From Macrostomum lignano (lineage: Eukaryota): DNA of 64,000 nt. The notes below the pieces were generated by a model. It was given only the letters and a program-made list of their open reading frames with translations, did no database searches and had not been told where the DNA came from. Positions 1 through 12,039 of this stretch are shown here, piece by piece. The position numbers and the translations under genes were made by a program. The stretch spans positions 124,001 through 188,000 of the forward strand of contig NIVC01000930.1 of the NCBI GenBank assembly GCA_002269645.1. The letters run 5' to 3'. The first letter of the stretch is position 1. Each line of letters starts with the position of its first letter.

Positions 1-115
1 GGCCCGTCTGAAAAATAGAAAGACGGAGGAAAGACGACTTTACGCGCTGCCTTCTTAGACCGCGAATCGTACGACAAACGTCGTACGAATCGTACCAAAG
101 TTTTTTGTGTGCTTC

Positions 116-2965
116 CTAATAATGATGGCCAATCCAGCTACCTGGGTGCGTTGGCACTGAGCAACACACTCTTATCCTACTCTGAGATTGATCTAGATTA
201 ATGGAAGTCTCACCATAAGATCGCTTGGCAATCCGTTTAACATAGGGGCCAGCCTTGACACAGGCCTGGCTACACTTCTCATCGGCACTAGCCTGACAGG
301 CGCTCAACTGATCAGCCTTGGTGTACGGCAGAACAGCCTCCGAGAACGTGTTCAAAAGTCTATGCCTAGAGGTTGAACACTGGAACAAGCTGCAAGCTTT
401 TACGGCGGCCAGTTGGCAAGCTCGAAGACGCAGCAACGCCTGCGAAGACGGCACCGAAAGTGACGGCAAGCGATCAACAAATAGCAGCTTGACGCTGACG
501 GACGCTGGCAAAGACGAGTCAGCGGTCAGGTTCAGCTGATCAGGATCTGTCAGCAGTGAAGTCAACAAAGTTAAACTGTGCGTAGCTAAGGTTGACGATG
601 CTTTCAACAGCTGTTGCTGTCTCAACAGCTGAGATGATTGTATGAGAAACACGCTGGCCGCTTCAGCCTCGTGTGGTGCCAGAGATGCCAGGCTGGCAAG
701 ACGATAAGTTCGAGTCACCAGCCAGTGACGCACCTCGAGCAGCATCTGGGGAGATTAAGATGCAGAATCAAAATGTTAGATTTAGTTAAATCAATAATTT
801 GCGCAATCTGGCAGTATCAACATCAACTACTGCCTCGCCTCAGTGCTGAGGCATTTCAGTACATTCTGCTGACTCCTGAGCACATACAAGCGCCAATATT
901 GTACACAGGCACACACTCTCACAGCGGTGTACAGCGGCCCTGACAATCTAATCATCAGACATGTACACTCTGTGCCTTGGGGGTTGGCCCTAATGGCTGT
1001 TAATTGCACAACCCCTGGCACAAGCCCCAAATAAATGTGACCGCGCACGGATATCCTCTGGCCCCAACATCAACCATTCTCACTGACAATTTCATCAATC
1101 ACAGTTTAATAACCTCCGAGAAAGTAATGCTCATCCGCTTCGAGCAAGAAACCCACCTGGTCAACACCGCCACCCTTGACCTTGGACAACCGAAACACAT
1201 TCGAATCGGCCGAGCCAGCAGTCGCACTGGCGGACAATTTCTTAGCAGCCGCGACGGGATCGCCGCGTCCAAATGCCACACCCAAAAGCGTGGGAGCTTT
1301 GACGCTGCCCAACGATCGATAGGAGTCGATTAGAGCAGCGGATGGCGAGGCCGCCTTCGACGCTTCAGCGAAGCCCCTCGGAGCGAGCACCTCCGGCGCC
1401 AGCTTAACATAAGCCTCGCCTAGCAGAAGCAACGGAGTGGAAGATATCAGACGAGAACGAAGGCTGGCCAAGAGATCGCACAGATAATTGTACTCGAAAT
1501 TCAACGCATCCAGAGCAGCAGTTGAAGAAGAAGAGTCTGTTGCATCAGTCTGGCCTAGTAGTAGGTGAGTTGGCCCAATTAAAAATGTCATTCGACCGCC
1601 ATCGCCCGCACCAGCAGCAACGTTTTCGCACAGCCGTCCATCAGCCAGTCTCTGATTTAGCCGGCCGACAACAAACTGCACTAATCGGCGATAGATGGCG
1701 CGAACCATGCCGGCCAGTGCGGCGTTGCACTCTTCGGCTGTGCGATTGCGCAACGCTTTTCTGTGACCATCGCGCAGGACTTCGTATCTGCGTAGTGCGT
1801 TTGTTGATTGAAAGGAGAGGATATACAAACGAGCAAGAGACTTAGTGTTTTTGTTTTCTAAACATTTAATACTTTTCTCCGAGGAAGAACAGATTGATAT
1901 GCAGACGTTACAACCTAGAGCATCCTATTCGGAGCCATGGACAAAGAATAATTGACCAAGAAACTAGATTTTAATTACCGCAACACACCTGACAGTGATC
2001 TCGCGCATAAGCGACTCCAATTCTAAGCCGAGCATTTGAGCGACGCGTTCCAAATTTTCGTGCCGTTCAAACTGGACGCATTTTTTCGGCTTGCGCGGAT
2101 CCGGAACCACGCGGACCAGACGTAGATGCAGGACGGCCGCGGCGCATCGATGAATAAAATCTAGATTCTCATCCGAGAATTCGAACAGTTCGGCAAGGCA
2201 TCGGGCTACATTGATTTGCTTGAGACGATCGTCCGACATCAGCTCCGCGTAGGCGGGAGGACAAGCCATGGACAAAGCAATCTCGCTATCGTCAAGGTAG
2301 TAAGCAGCTCTGACAGACTCAGTAGCGTTCTCCATCAGCGAGTAGAAAAAGCAAAACGCGGTTAAATTTTCAGCTTCCAAGTCGTCGCGACCAAGCAAGC
2401 CGTAGCCCATCAGCCAGAGAACATCGTACTTAATGCTAATCAAATCGCCGTTCTCGTTGAAGTCAGCGTGCAGCATTGTTACCGAATGGTTATCCAGCTC
2501 AACTCGATCACCTAGCTTTCGATAGACACAGGTGAACATGCGTACTAGGTCTAGGCTAGACTGAACTAGCGGACGAGCAGACAGCATCGGAGCGTCCTTA
2601 GCAACCATATGAACCAGCTGCTGCAAGGCATCGGAATCGTTTATGGCTATCAATAAGGGCCGCGTGCATAACAACAGATTCGGGTCCGACTTGCTGTACA
2701 ATTGGCTCTTAGCGCAGGTGTAAAAGTTCACTAGCGTAGGCGCGTTGCAGCACGGATACCAGGTGCAATTAGACGGTGTAGTTGCATCGAAGTCACCATC
2801 ATCAACGCTATCATCAGCTGGCTGGTCGCCTAGCAACAGAGACTCTCCGCACCATTTTGAACGAACGGCTTCATCGTCTGAAGCCAGCATTAAGTCGAGC
2901 AGCTGCTGTTCGGAGCGCCAATCGCCCAGTTCAAGGATATCCTTAGCCACTCTAGCAGTTGCCAT
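116..2965 (-). CDS. Highly divergent myosin-motor-like protein (probable pseudo-ATPase), multi-exon
   Basis: Exon 2965-1989 (donor GTGTGT) joins exon 1787-1157 in frame (ITVR|YEVL). A probable exon at ~1057-840 and a final exon at 745-116 follow (acceptor CCCCAG directly before 745). Segments follow myosin-head order: KDILELGDWRSEQQLLDLM (DDL..L..L.E..IL), AFCFFYSLM (HIFYQLL), IHRCAAAVLHL (IFRILAAILHLG), LERVAQMLGL, AIYRRLVQFVVGRLNQRL (ALYSRLF.WLV.RIN), MIRLSGPLYTAVRV (QLR.SG.LE.VRI). Splicing of the third exon is uncertain. Confidence 0.72.
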
Positions 2966-3661
2966 GCTGTTGGTTTGTTAGCTGTGCGTATATCTAAGCG
3001 CACCTGCGTGGTTTTTCTTCTTTGGCTTCTAATTTTCCAAGAATACTTGAAGGCTTGGTCTTTAGCCAAGGAACAAATGCATTTCTTTATATAAGCGTTC
3101 ATGGCCAGCAAGTCTACCTCGCACCTCTCTCTTGTCCACAAGGTTGCTTTAAAAAAGACAGATAAGAAATCGTAACTAAAAAAGTCTTGAAAACTTTCTG
3201 CCTAAAAGTTTGAGCAAGAGCAAATGAAATATTTGAAAAAATTTAGCCCGACGTTATCGTACCTAATAATAAAGCTAAGCATAAGCCTAAAACTAAACCT
3301 AAAATTTCGTTCTACACACTAAACTAAACACTAATGCCTACTTTAATTACGCACTCATTACTTGTTGAAAATGACAATAGGACGCAAATAAATTAACTTT
3401 AAGCATTAGTTCTCAACGCATCAAATAAAAAAAGTTGAAACATCCGTTATTATTGTATTTTTCAACACTTGAAATCTAGCAATAAACAGCATATTCTACA
3501 AACATTTGGCAGCAAACACCCAACAAGCATCGAACAGTACGCACGCAGTAACCTCCCATATCCAAGTAAACTACATACCGAATATAATAAAGGCCGCATC
3601 CAATCAAACAGTACTGGAACAATAAATGAAATAGATTATTTAATTAAAATTAAACTGCAAA

Positions 3662-6600
3662 TTAGAGCCCCTCCCCGGCAGGCACCTCAGTTTCAACGTT
3701 TGCTTCTTCATCGGTTGAGGAGGCAGCGTTAAGATGAGCATTAACCAGAGTGAGCAGCACCGGATACACCGCAGCGTATTCACGGACACCTCTGGCCTGA
3801 GCAGACTTGGCGTAGGCAACCAGGGTGCCCTGGATGAAGCGGAGCCGGTCAGACTCTTCGGGATGATCCAACAGCCAGGATACGTACCGGCTTACCTGGA
3901 GTTGGATTGTGGGTAGGGGATTAGAGATATGAGATAATATGGGATCTCTGTGACATACTTGTAGATAAGGGCGATTCTAGATGGGAGTAAAGGGCGGTTC
4001 TAGTGGATTAAAGGGCGGTTCTAGATGTGAGTAAAGGGCGGTTCTAGTGGGGATTAAAGGGCGATTCTAGTGGGGATTAAAGGGCGGTTCTAGATGGGAT
4101 TAAGGAGAACTCTAGATTCTAGATAGGATTAGGGAGAATTCTAGATTTTAGTGGGGATTAAAGGGCGATTCAAGGTTGGATTAAAGGGCGATTCTAGATT
4201 GGATTAAAGGGCGAAAAAAGATGGGATTAAAGGGCGATTATAGATGGTATCTCGGCGGATCTAGTGGGGATTAAAAGGCAATTCTAGCGATCCTGGATTG
4301 AGATTAAAGGGAAATTCTAGCAGCATATTCCCAGAGAAAATTCCCTCAAAACTACTCACCGACCAGCCAGCCGCAGTGTGAGGCGATTGCATATCAGCCG
4401 GGGCCCTAGAGAACAGGAGGTGAGCCACCAGGCTGGCGGGCAGGGCCTCCCCAATAGAGGGATTATTGGCCACGTGATGCGCCGATTGAAACAGCAGCGG
4501 CCTAAACGCCCTCAATCGTCTGTAGTGCTGGCCAAGGTCGGACATCCTCCGGCACAGAGGCGACAGGGCCAGCTCTAATTGGGCGCAATCGGCGGCCAAT
4601 CGGAGTCGGCCAGACTCGGCCAGAGGCCGCACCAGGCTGGCCAATAGGAGGAAGACTTCGATACACTGGCACGCGATTGGCTGCAGGCTGGAGTACAGGA
4701 AATCGCGCTGGCGATAGCTGGCCAAGTATAGCTGGGCTACGCGGCTGACAAAGTCCTGCTCGAAGTAAGGGGTCAACCGGTTTGAGAATAAGCCTTTTCT
4801 TGCCGACTGTCCTTCGTCATCCTAGTCTCTCCCACTCTACCCTGTCTCCCTCTCTACCCTGTCTCCCTCTCTACCCTGTCTCCCTCTCTACCCTGTCTCC
4901 CTCTCTACCCTGTCTCCCTCTCTACCCTGTCTCCCTCTCTACCCTGTCTCCCTCTCTACCCTGTCTCTCCCACTCTACCCTGTCTCTCCCACTCTACCCT
5001 GCCTCCCCACTCTACCCTGCCTCCCCACTCTACCCTGACTCCCACTCTACCCTGCCTCCCCACTCTACCCTGCCTCCCCACTCTACCCTGCCTCCCCACT
5101 CTACCCTGACTCCCACTCTACCCTGCCTCCCCACTCTACCCTGCCTCCCCACTCTACCCTGCCTCCACACTCTACCCTGCCTCCCCACTCTACCCTGCCT
5201 CCACACTCTACCCTGCCTCCCCACTCTACCCTGCCTCCCCACTCTACCCTGCCTCCCCACTCAACCCTGCCTCCCCACTCTACCCTGCCTCCCCACTCTA
5301 CCCTGCCTCCCCACTCTACCCTGCCTCCCCACTCTACCCTGCCTCCCCACTCTACCCTGCCTCCCCACTCTACCCTGCCTCCACACTCTACCCTGCCTCC
5401 CCACTCTACCCTGCCTCCCCACTCTACCCTGCCTCCCCACTCTACCCTGACTCCCACTCTACCCTGCCTCCCCACTCTACCCTGCCTCCCCACTTTACCC
5501 TGCTCCCCAACTCTACCTATGTCTAAAATCTACTCTCTCCCCAATTAATATTTGAGCTTTCAGACCAACAGACCTGCAATTCTCTCATATAGAGTGAGCA
5601 CTGCTGCTGCTGCTGTTGCTGCTGCGCTTGTTGCGAAGGCTGATCAAATCGTTCCTGATGCATTGTCAGAAGAATCGCTTCCAAACTATCTTGAACGGAA
5701 CCTAGCAACGGTTCCAAAGTTTGAGTCATTAATTGGCGCAATTCGGCCAAACTTCCGTCCAACAGGGAGACGGCGGTGTCCGGCAAATCAGCGGATAGCA
5801 GGGCCGATCGAAGATCCTGGCTCAGATGGCCAAGCATGTTTACTAGACTAGCGTTTGTCTGCAAGTTAAGTGTTGGGTAAACGGCTTGGGTAACTATGTA
5901 TTTTATTGGATAACAAAATACCTCGGCATCGTTTTAGTCGATAAAGTATAATCGGAAACAAAAAGTACAGATTTATAAGTCACCTGTTGCCCTTCAGTAG
6001 GCGGCCCCAGCACCTGACTCGCAGTGGCATCCGCCACTCTGGTAGCTTCAGCTTTGCGGCAGACAAACTGCACAGTTTTCACCACATTCTTGGCAATCTT
6101 CAGCAGCAGATCTTGGTCAACCTGGGTGAATGTCAACTCTGACGTCATGGCTTCGACTATTCGGCGAATTTCGATTTCACTGTTCAATGATTTCTGGCCG
6201 CCGCTGAACATGGCGTCCACTGGGTCGAACAGGCGGCTGAGGGATCTGGGAGAAAGTTTATCGAAGGGACATTTTTAGTGACTCGATGGCGCAAACAAAC
6301 AAAACTCTAAAACTAGGTGTCACAAACTCCCCCCTCACAGAATGTCAGGAAAAGACCAAGACAATAATGCGAACAAAAGACTTAAGTATGAGCCAATGTG
6401 TTCCTATGAATCTTGTCTTGTTGGTATCGTGACAATTAAGAGTCAATTTTCAACGGGTGCGACACTAAGTCACAATGGTGCAATCAGTGTGACAAACCCT
6501 GTCACAAGCGTGCAATCAGTGTGACACATCCTGTCACAATCGTGCAATCAGTGTAACAAACCCTGTCACAAGCGTGCAATCAGTGTGACACATCCTGTCA

Positions 6601-9600
6601 CAAGCGTGCAATCAGTGTGACACATCCTGTCACAAGCGTGCAATCAGTGTGACAAACCCTATCACAAGCGTGCAATCAGTGTGACACATCCTGTCACAAG
6701 CGTGCAATCAGTGTGACAAACCCTATCACAAGCGTGCAATCAGTGTGACAAACCCTGTCACAAGCGTGCAATCAGTGTGATACATCCTGTCACAAGCGTG
6801 CAATCAGTGTGACACATCCTGTCACAAGCGTGCAATCAGTGTGACACATCCTGTCACAAGCGTGCAATCAGTGTGACACATCCTGTCACAAGCGTGCAAT
6901 CAGTGTGACACATCCTGTCACAAGCGTGCAATCAGTGTGACACATCCTGTCACAAGCGTGCAATCAGTGTGACACATCCTGTCACAAGCGTGCAATCAGT
7001 GTGACAAACCCTGTCACAAGCGTGCAATCAGTGTGATACATCCTGTCCCAAGCGTGCAATGTTGCAGGTTTTCCAAGAGACCAAGAAACACCATTGACTC
7101 AATAAAAAACTAGTTAATGCATAAAGTAAAGAGCAAACCTGGACAGGTAGGCGGCCTCAAAGCTAGCCAGATGAGCCCGACCCAACGGCGGCAATTCTTC
7201 GTCAACAGCCGCTAATCTGGTTGACAAATCATTGGCCGATTTCAACAATCGCGGATATTCGCCTTCGAATGCGTGCTTTAAAAATGCGGACGCGCTGGCA
7301 GCGTTGGCCAGGCTGTCGCGCAGACAGTCGGACAACCAGTCGGCAAATCCGGCCGGGCTGATGGCTTCGGACGCGGCCGGTGACAGCAGGTCGGACAGGG
7401 GTCGCTGAGTGTTTGGGTCGCGTTTTTTAGCCAAAATGCGACGCAGACTGGCCAGAAACTGGGCGCCAGAAATGGCCTCCTCGTTGAGGGCGTCCAGGCC
7501 GGACCAGAGGGCCTGGGAGTAGGCGGCCGACTGGCCCGCTGGCAGGTTGGCGCGGCCGGGCGGGCCTCCGCCGCCACCGGAGCCGCTGCGGGTTGCGAGA
7601 TTGGGTTGTAGGGGGGGGGGGGGTGAGATCAGCTACCGTGGAGAGATTCAACTATATGAGAATGCATGAGATTTCAATACAAGGGTGATATTTGGTTATA
7701 AAGGGATGAGATTCTGTTATAAGAAGACGAGATTCTGTCATAAGGGGATGAGATTCTGTTACAGGGAGATGAGACTCTAAGGGGATGGGGTTCTGTTATA
7801 AGGGGATGAGTTTCGGTTATAAGGGGATATTCTGTTACAAGGAGATGAGACTCTGATATAAGGGGGTGAGATTCAGTTAAAAGAGAGTGAGATTCTGATA
7901 TAGGGGAGTGAGATTCTGATATAAGGGAGTGAGATTCTGTCATAAGGGGATGAGATTCTGTTATAAGGGGTGAGATTCTGTTAAAAGGGGTGAGGTTCTG
8001 ATATAAGGGGTGAGGTTCTGATATAAGGGAGTGAGATTCTGTTATAAGGGGGTGAGATTCTGTTATAAGGGAGTGAGATTCTGTTATAAGGGGGTGAGAT
8101 TCTGTTATAAGGGAGTGAGATTCTGTTATAAGGGGGTGAGATTCTGTTATAAGGGAGTGAGATTCTGTTATAAGGGGTGAGATTCAGTTATAAGGGGTGA
8201 GATTCTGTTATAAGGGGTGAGATTCTGTTAAAAGGGGTGAAGTTCTGATATGAAGGATAAGTATCTGTTAAAAGTTGCGCCACGAGGCAGATTTGGTTTC
8301 AAGGATGGTAAGGTTGAAAATTATAGGTCAGAAAAATCCCTCTAACTACTTGCTAACCTTGCTTCTCACCTTCCATAAGCAGCCTGCCCGGACCCGCTCA
8401 CAAACGGAGTCTTCTGCATGAGCGAAGACATGTCCAGAGCCGAACGGATGCGGGTGCGCAGGTCGGATCTGACCCGGCCGGCCAGGTCAACAATGCAATC
8501 GTCCAGCCGGCCAAGGCAGAATACGGCGTGTAGGCAGGTCGCCAGTTGAGGATGCGGAGCGCCGGACGCAGCGACCGAGCCAACCTGAAATCGTTTTTAG
8601 ACAGCCACTGAACGTAAATGCCAGATTAACCTAGCAGCGGAAAAAGTAATAGTTTTTTACCCTAGCAACGGGAGACATTATCTCTGCAGTTAAATCTCAC
8701 CCCCTCATAACCGAATCTCACCCCTCATAACCGAATCTCACCCCCCTTATTAACAACCGAATCTCACCCCTCATAACCGAATCTCACCCTTCATAGCCGA
8801 ATCTCACCCCTCATAACCGAATCTCACCTCCCTCATAACCGAATCTCACCCCTCATAACCGAATCTAACCCCCCTTATTAATAACCGAATCTCATCCCCT
8901 TATAACAGAATCTCACCCCTCATAACCGAATCTCACCCCCTCATAACCGAATCTCACCACTCATAACCCAATCTCCGCCCTAAACAGAATCTCACCCCTT
9001 ATAACAGAATCCCACCCCTTAACAGAATCTCACCCCCTCATGACCAAATCTTACCCCATAATTATTGAATCTCACCCCTCATAACCGAATCTCGTATACT
9101 CATAACTGAATGTCACCACCCTTATTAATCTCACACCATATGATTAAAAAATTACTGCCTAATTTACCCTAGCAACGGGAGACATGGTTGCTTGTTTACC
9201 CTTGCGACTGGAAAATCATTGATTATGTATCCTAGCAACAGGAAATATATACTGATTACCCTAGCAACGCGAATGAGATTGTTTGTTCATTTACCCTGGC
9301 CACACAATTGAAGCTTTCTGTTTACATTAGCAACAGCAACTCACTGCGCTTGAAGAGCCGATTCCGCGAGCATCTGCCAGCAGGGCGGTGGCACGCGTCT
9401 CCGCCGCCTCGCGCCAACGGGCAAAGCGCCGATGCTCCCTCTCTAGCGCGTGCACTCCGCGCCAATCCAAGCCGGAGAATTGGTGCCCCAGATCGCCCAG
9501 AGTCTGCGCCACTTTGCCCAGCTGATCCTCCGGCAAGGTGGCAGCCTCTTCAACCCCGGCCGCCGGCTGCGGCGGCAGCTTCTTGGCCAGAGCGAAAATT

Positions 9601-10845
9601 CGACCCGACCGGCGCAGGAAATCGCAGGCCGATTGAACCCGGCGCAGATGGAGAACCCGCTGCTCAAGCCTGGCGTACGGCTCCCCGATCCTGGCTCGAA
9701 TCTTTTTTAATCCCTGCAGCAGGGCGTCTGTTCGAGACTGGACTACGGAGAGCACGGATTCCAATGTGTCAATGCCGCTGGCTCGGGACAGAAGGTCTTT
9801 GTGATGACGGACCACGTGACGCTCGATGTCGCTTTCGAGCCTGCTCAATGAGTAGGGACAGGCTCTTTCACTCTCACTGAAGCTTCCCATACCCTCAGTG
9901 AAGCTCTTTCACTCTCCCCGAAGCTCTCGATACTCTCCCTGAAGCTTCATTACTCTCCCTGAGCTCCATTACTCTCACTGAAGCTCCCCATACTCTCACT
10001 GAAGCTCCCCATACTCTCACTGAAGCTCCCCATACTCTCCCTGAAGCTCCCCATACTCTCACTGAAGCTCCCCATACTCTCCCTGAAGCTCCCCATACTC
10101 TCACTGAAGCTCCCCATACTCTCACTGAAGCTCCCCATACTCTCCCTGAAGCTCCTCATACCCTCATTGAAACTCACTACTCATTTCAAAGATTTTCTAC
10201 TCTCCCTGAAGTTCCAAAAATCTTCCTGAAGCCCTTCAATCATCCTGAAGCCCTTCAATCATCCTGAAGCCCTTCAATCATCCTGAAGCCCTTCAATCAT
10301 CCTGAAGCCCTTCAATCATCCTGAAGCCCTTCAATCATCCTGAAGCCCTTCAATCATCCTGAAGCCCTTCAATCATCCTGAAGCCCTTCAATCATCCTGA
10401 AGCCCTTCAATCATCCTGAAGCCCTTCAATCATCCTGAAGCCCTTCAATCATCCTGAAGCCCTTCAATCATCCTGAAGCCCTTCAATCATCCTGAAGCCC
10501 TTCAATCATCCTAAAGCCCTTCAATCATCCTGAAGCCCTTCAATCATCCTGAAGCCATCATTCTTCTTGAATCCCTTTTACTTTCCTTGAATCCAAGTTT
10601 CCCTTAGTCCAGTACCCATAAATAATACTTCTTCTTGTACTCTACTATATTAAATGAAATAATCAGACTATTTTTGTTAGTAACAATAAAACTAATCAAG
10701 CAACTCACTTTCCAATGCAGGCGTCAATCTTTTCAATAACCTCGCTAACAACTTGGGTTTGCAGCACATTGATAGCGAATGATTTCTCATCGAAACTGTC
10801 ACCTTCAAACACTGCCAAAAAATTATCTGCTTCTTCGCCGTTCAT
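3662..10845 (-). CDS. COG5: Conserved oligomeric Golgi complex subunit 5
   Basis: Phase-consistent GT-AG exons: 10845-10709, 9840-9345, 8584-8370, 7585-7139, 6245-5984, 5858-5574, 4755-4360, 3895-3662 (2472 nt, ~823 aa). COG5 motifs recognised: HHKDLLSRASGIDTLESVL, LAKKRDP, FEAAYLSRSLSRLFDP, MQSPHTAAGWS, and the C-terminal RFIQGTLVAY...YAAVYPVLL. Confidence 0.93.
3975..4330. repeat. Degenerate ~20-22 bp minisatellite (GGGATTAAAGGGCGATTCTAGAT-like), COG5 last intron
   Basis: Repeated gggattaaagggcg(g/a)ttctag units. Confidence 0.8.
4825..5520. repeat. 17/18-bp minisatellite (CTCTACCCTGCCTCCCCA), COG5 intron
   Basis: Direct reading; gives the spurious LPTLPC-repeat ORF. Confidence 0.95.
6470..7060. 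repeat. 32-bp minisatellite (TGTGACACATCCTGTCACAAGCGTGCAATCAG), COG5 intron
   Basis: Period 32 (catcctgt at 6783 and 6815); each unit contains the inverted repeat TGTGACA-N5-TGTCACA. Confidence 0.95.
7690..8260. repeat. 19-20 bp minisatellite (GGGGTGAGATTCTGTTATAA), COG5 intron
   Basis: Direct reading. Confidence 0.92.
8690..9130. repeat. 19-20 bp minisatellite (ATAAC(C/A)GAATCTCACCCC), reverse complement of the 7690-8260 array
   Basis: TTATAACAGAATCTCACCCC is the reverse complement of GGGGTGAGATTCTGTTATAA. Confidence 0.9.
9860..10200. repeat. 21-bp minisatellite (TACTCTCACTGAAGCTCCCCA), COG5 intron 1
   Basis: Direct reading. Confidence 0.9.
10222..10556. repeat. 19-bp near-perfect minisatellite (CCTGAAGCCCTTCAATCAT), ~17 copies
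   Basis: Period 19 (10225, 10244, ...). Confidence 0.95.
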
Positions 10846-12039
10846 TTGTATTATTAGTATTGATCAGAATTAGCAATTTATGAGTAGTTTATCAATTACA
10901 CTCATTTGACTCAGATATTTTCAACAGAAGTAAAAATAATAAAAAACATGTTATTTTATGTTATTTACTCTCATCTGAAAGTTTACATGGTACTGGCAGC
11001 AAACTACTACTCTTAGTAACCAAACAAAAAAGTTACAAAATTTATGGGATTTCATTTATAATTCTTTAAGCTTATTTAATCTTATATACTCAGTAAGTAT
11101 ATGTAGCCTTCTTAGAAATATTGATAGTTTATTAAATAAATTTTTTTGCTACTTTAGGAACTAAAAACTCAAATTTTGAATTGGTATTGATATTGAATAT
11201 CCCTACAACCAATTTGAGCAGCTTCACTTTATAGAGCAAAGCATCTTGAATCTGGCAAAAAAAGCCTGAAACAAAGTAGATCCTTTAGAAATGAGACTAT
11301 ATTGCTGCATAAAAATATTTGTTAGTTCCCTTGTATAGACTACTTGGCTATGAATCTAAATATACTTCTATCTCAGAAAGGGAAACTTGACAAACAATTC
11401 TAATCAAGTGGCACATTTGTTAAAATTGATAGTTTAAAGAAACTAAATAGCAAATTTAAATTTAGCCAGAGTCAAATTCATTATGCTACTTCTCAATCCA
11501 AGCCATACATAACCTCTAAAACTAAACTATACTAGCTATAACTTATTTATGATTGAAAATATGAATTCATTTGCAACTCAAAAAAAACAAATAAAAATAT
11601 CTTATTCATTGTTACAAAAATTGTCAAAAACTTGCTTTAACCCACTATATAGAAATTAAACATTTGAAGATTCAAATTGGTTTTTTTGCATTTTATAACA
11701 AATTCACCAAAACAATTTGTATGTTACACATAGTAGAGACATAAAATATAGGTCCTAGCATAGCTAAGCATATGAGTAACAAATCTACTAAATTCAAGAC
11801 CCAAATAAATGTTCCAAAAAGATGACCAGTACAGCTAAAATATCTATAAGTATATATCTTAGCCAATTGCCATACTTGAAAATTTATTCTAATAAGACCT
11901 TTAACCATTTTGCTAAAATCTATTATATATTTACCTTTTCAAAGCCAACTCATTTTTCAAAATTCAAAATTCAAATCCAAATATGTTAACATGTTTCCAA
12001 ATGTAAGCAAAAAGTAAAAAGTAAATGGCAAGAGATGTA

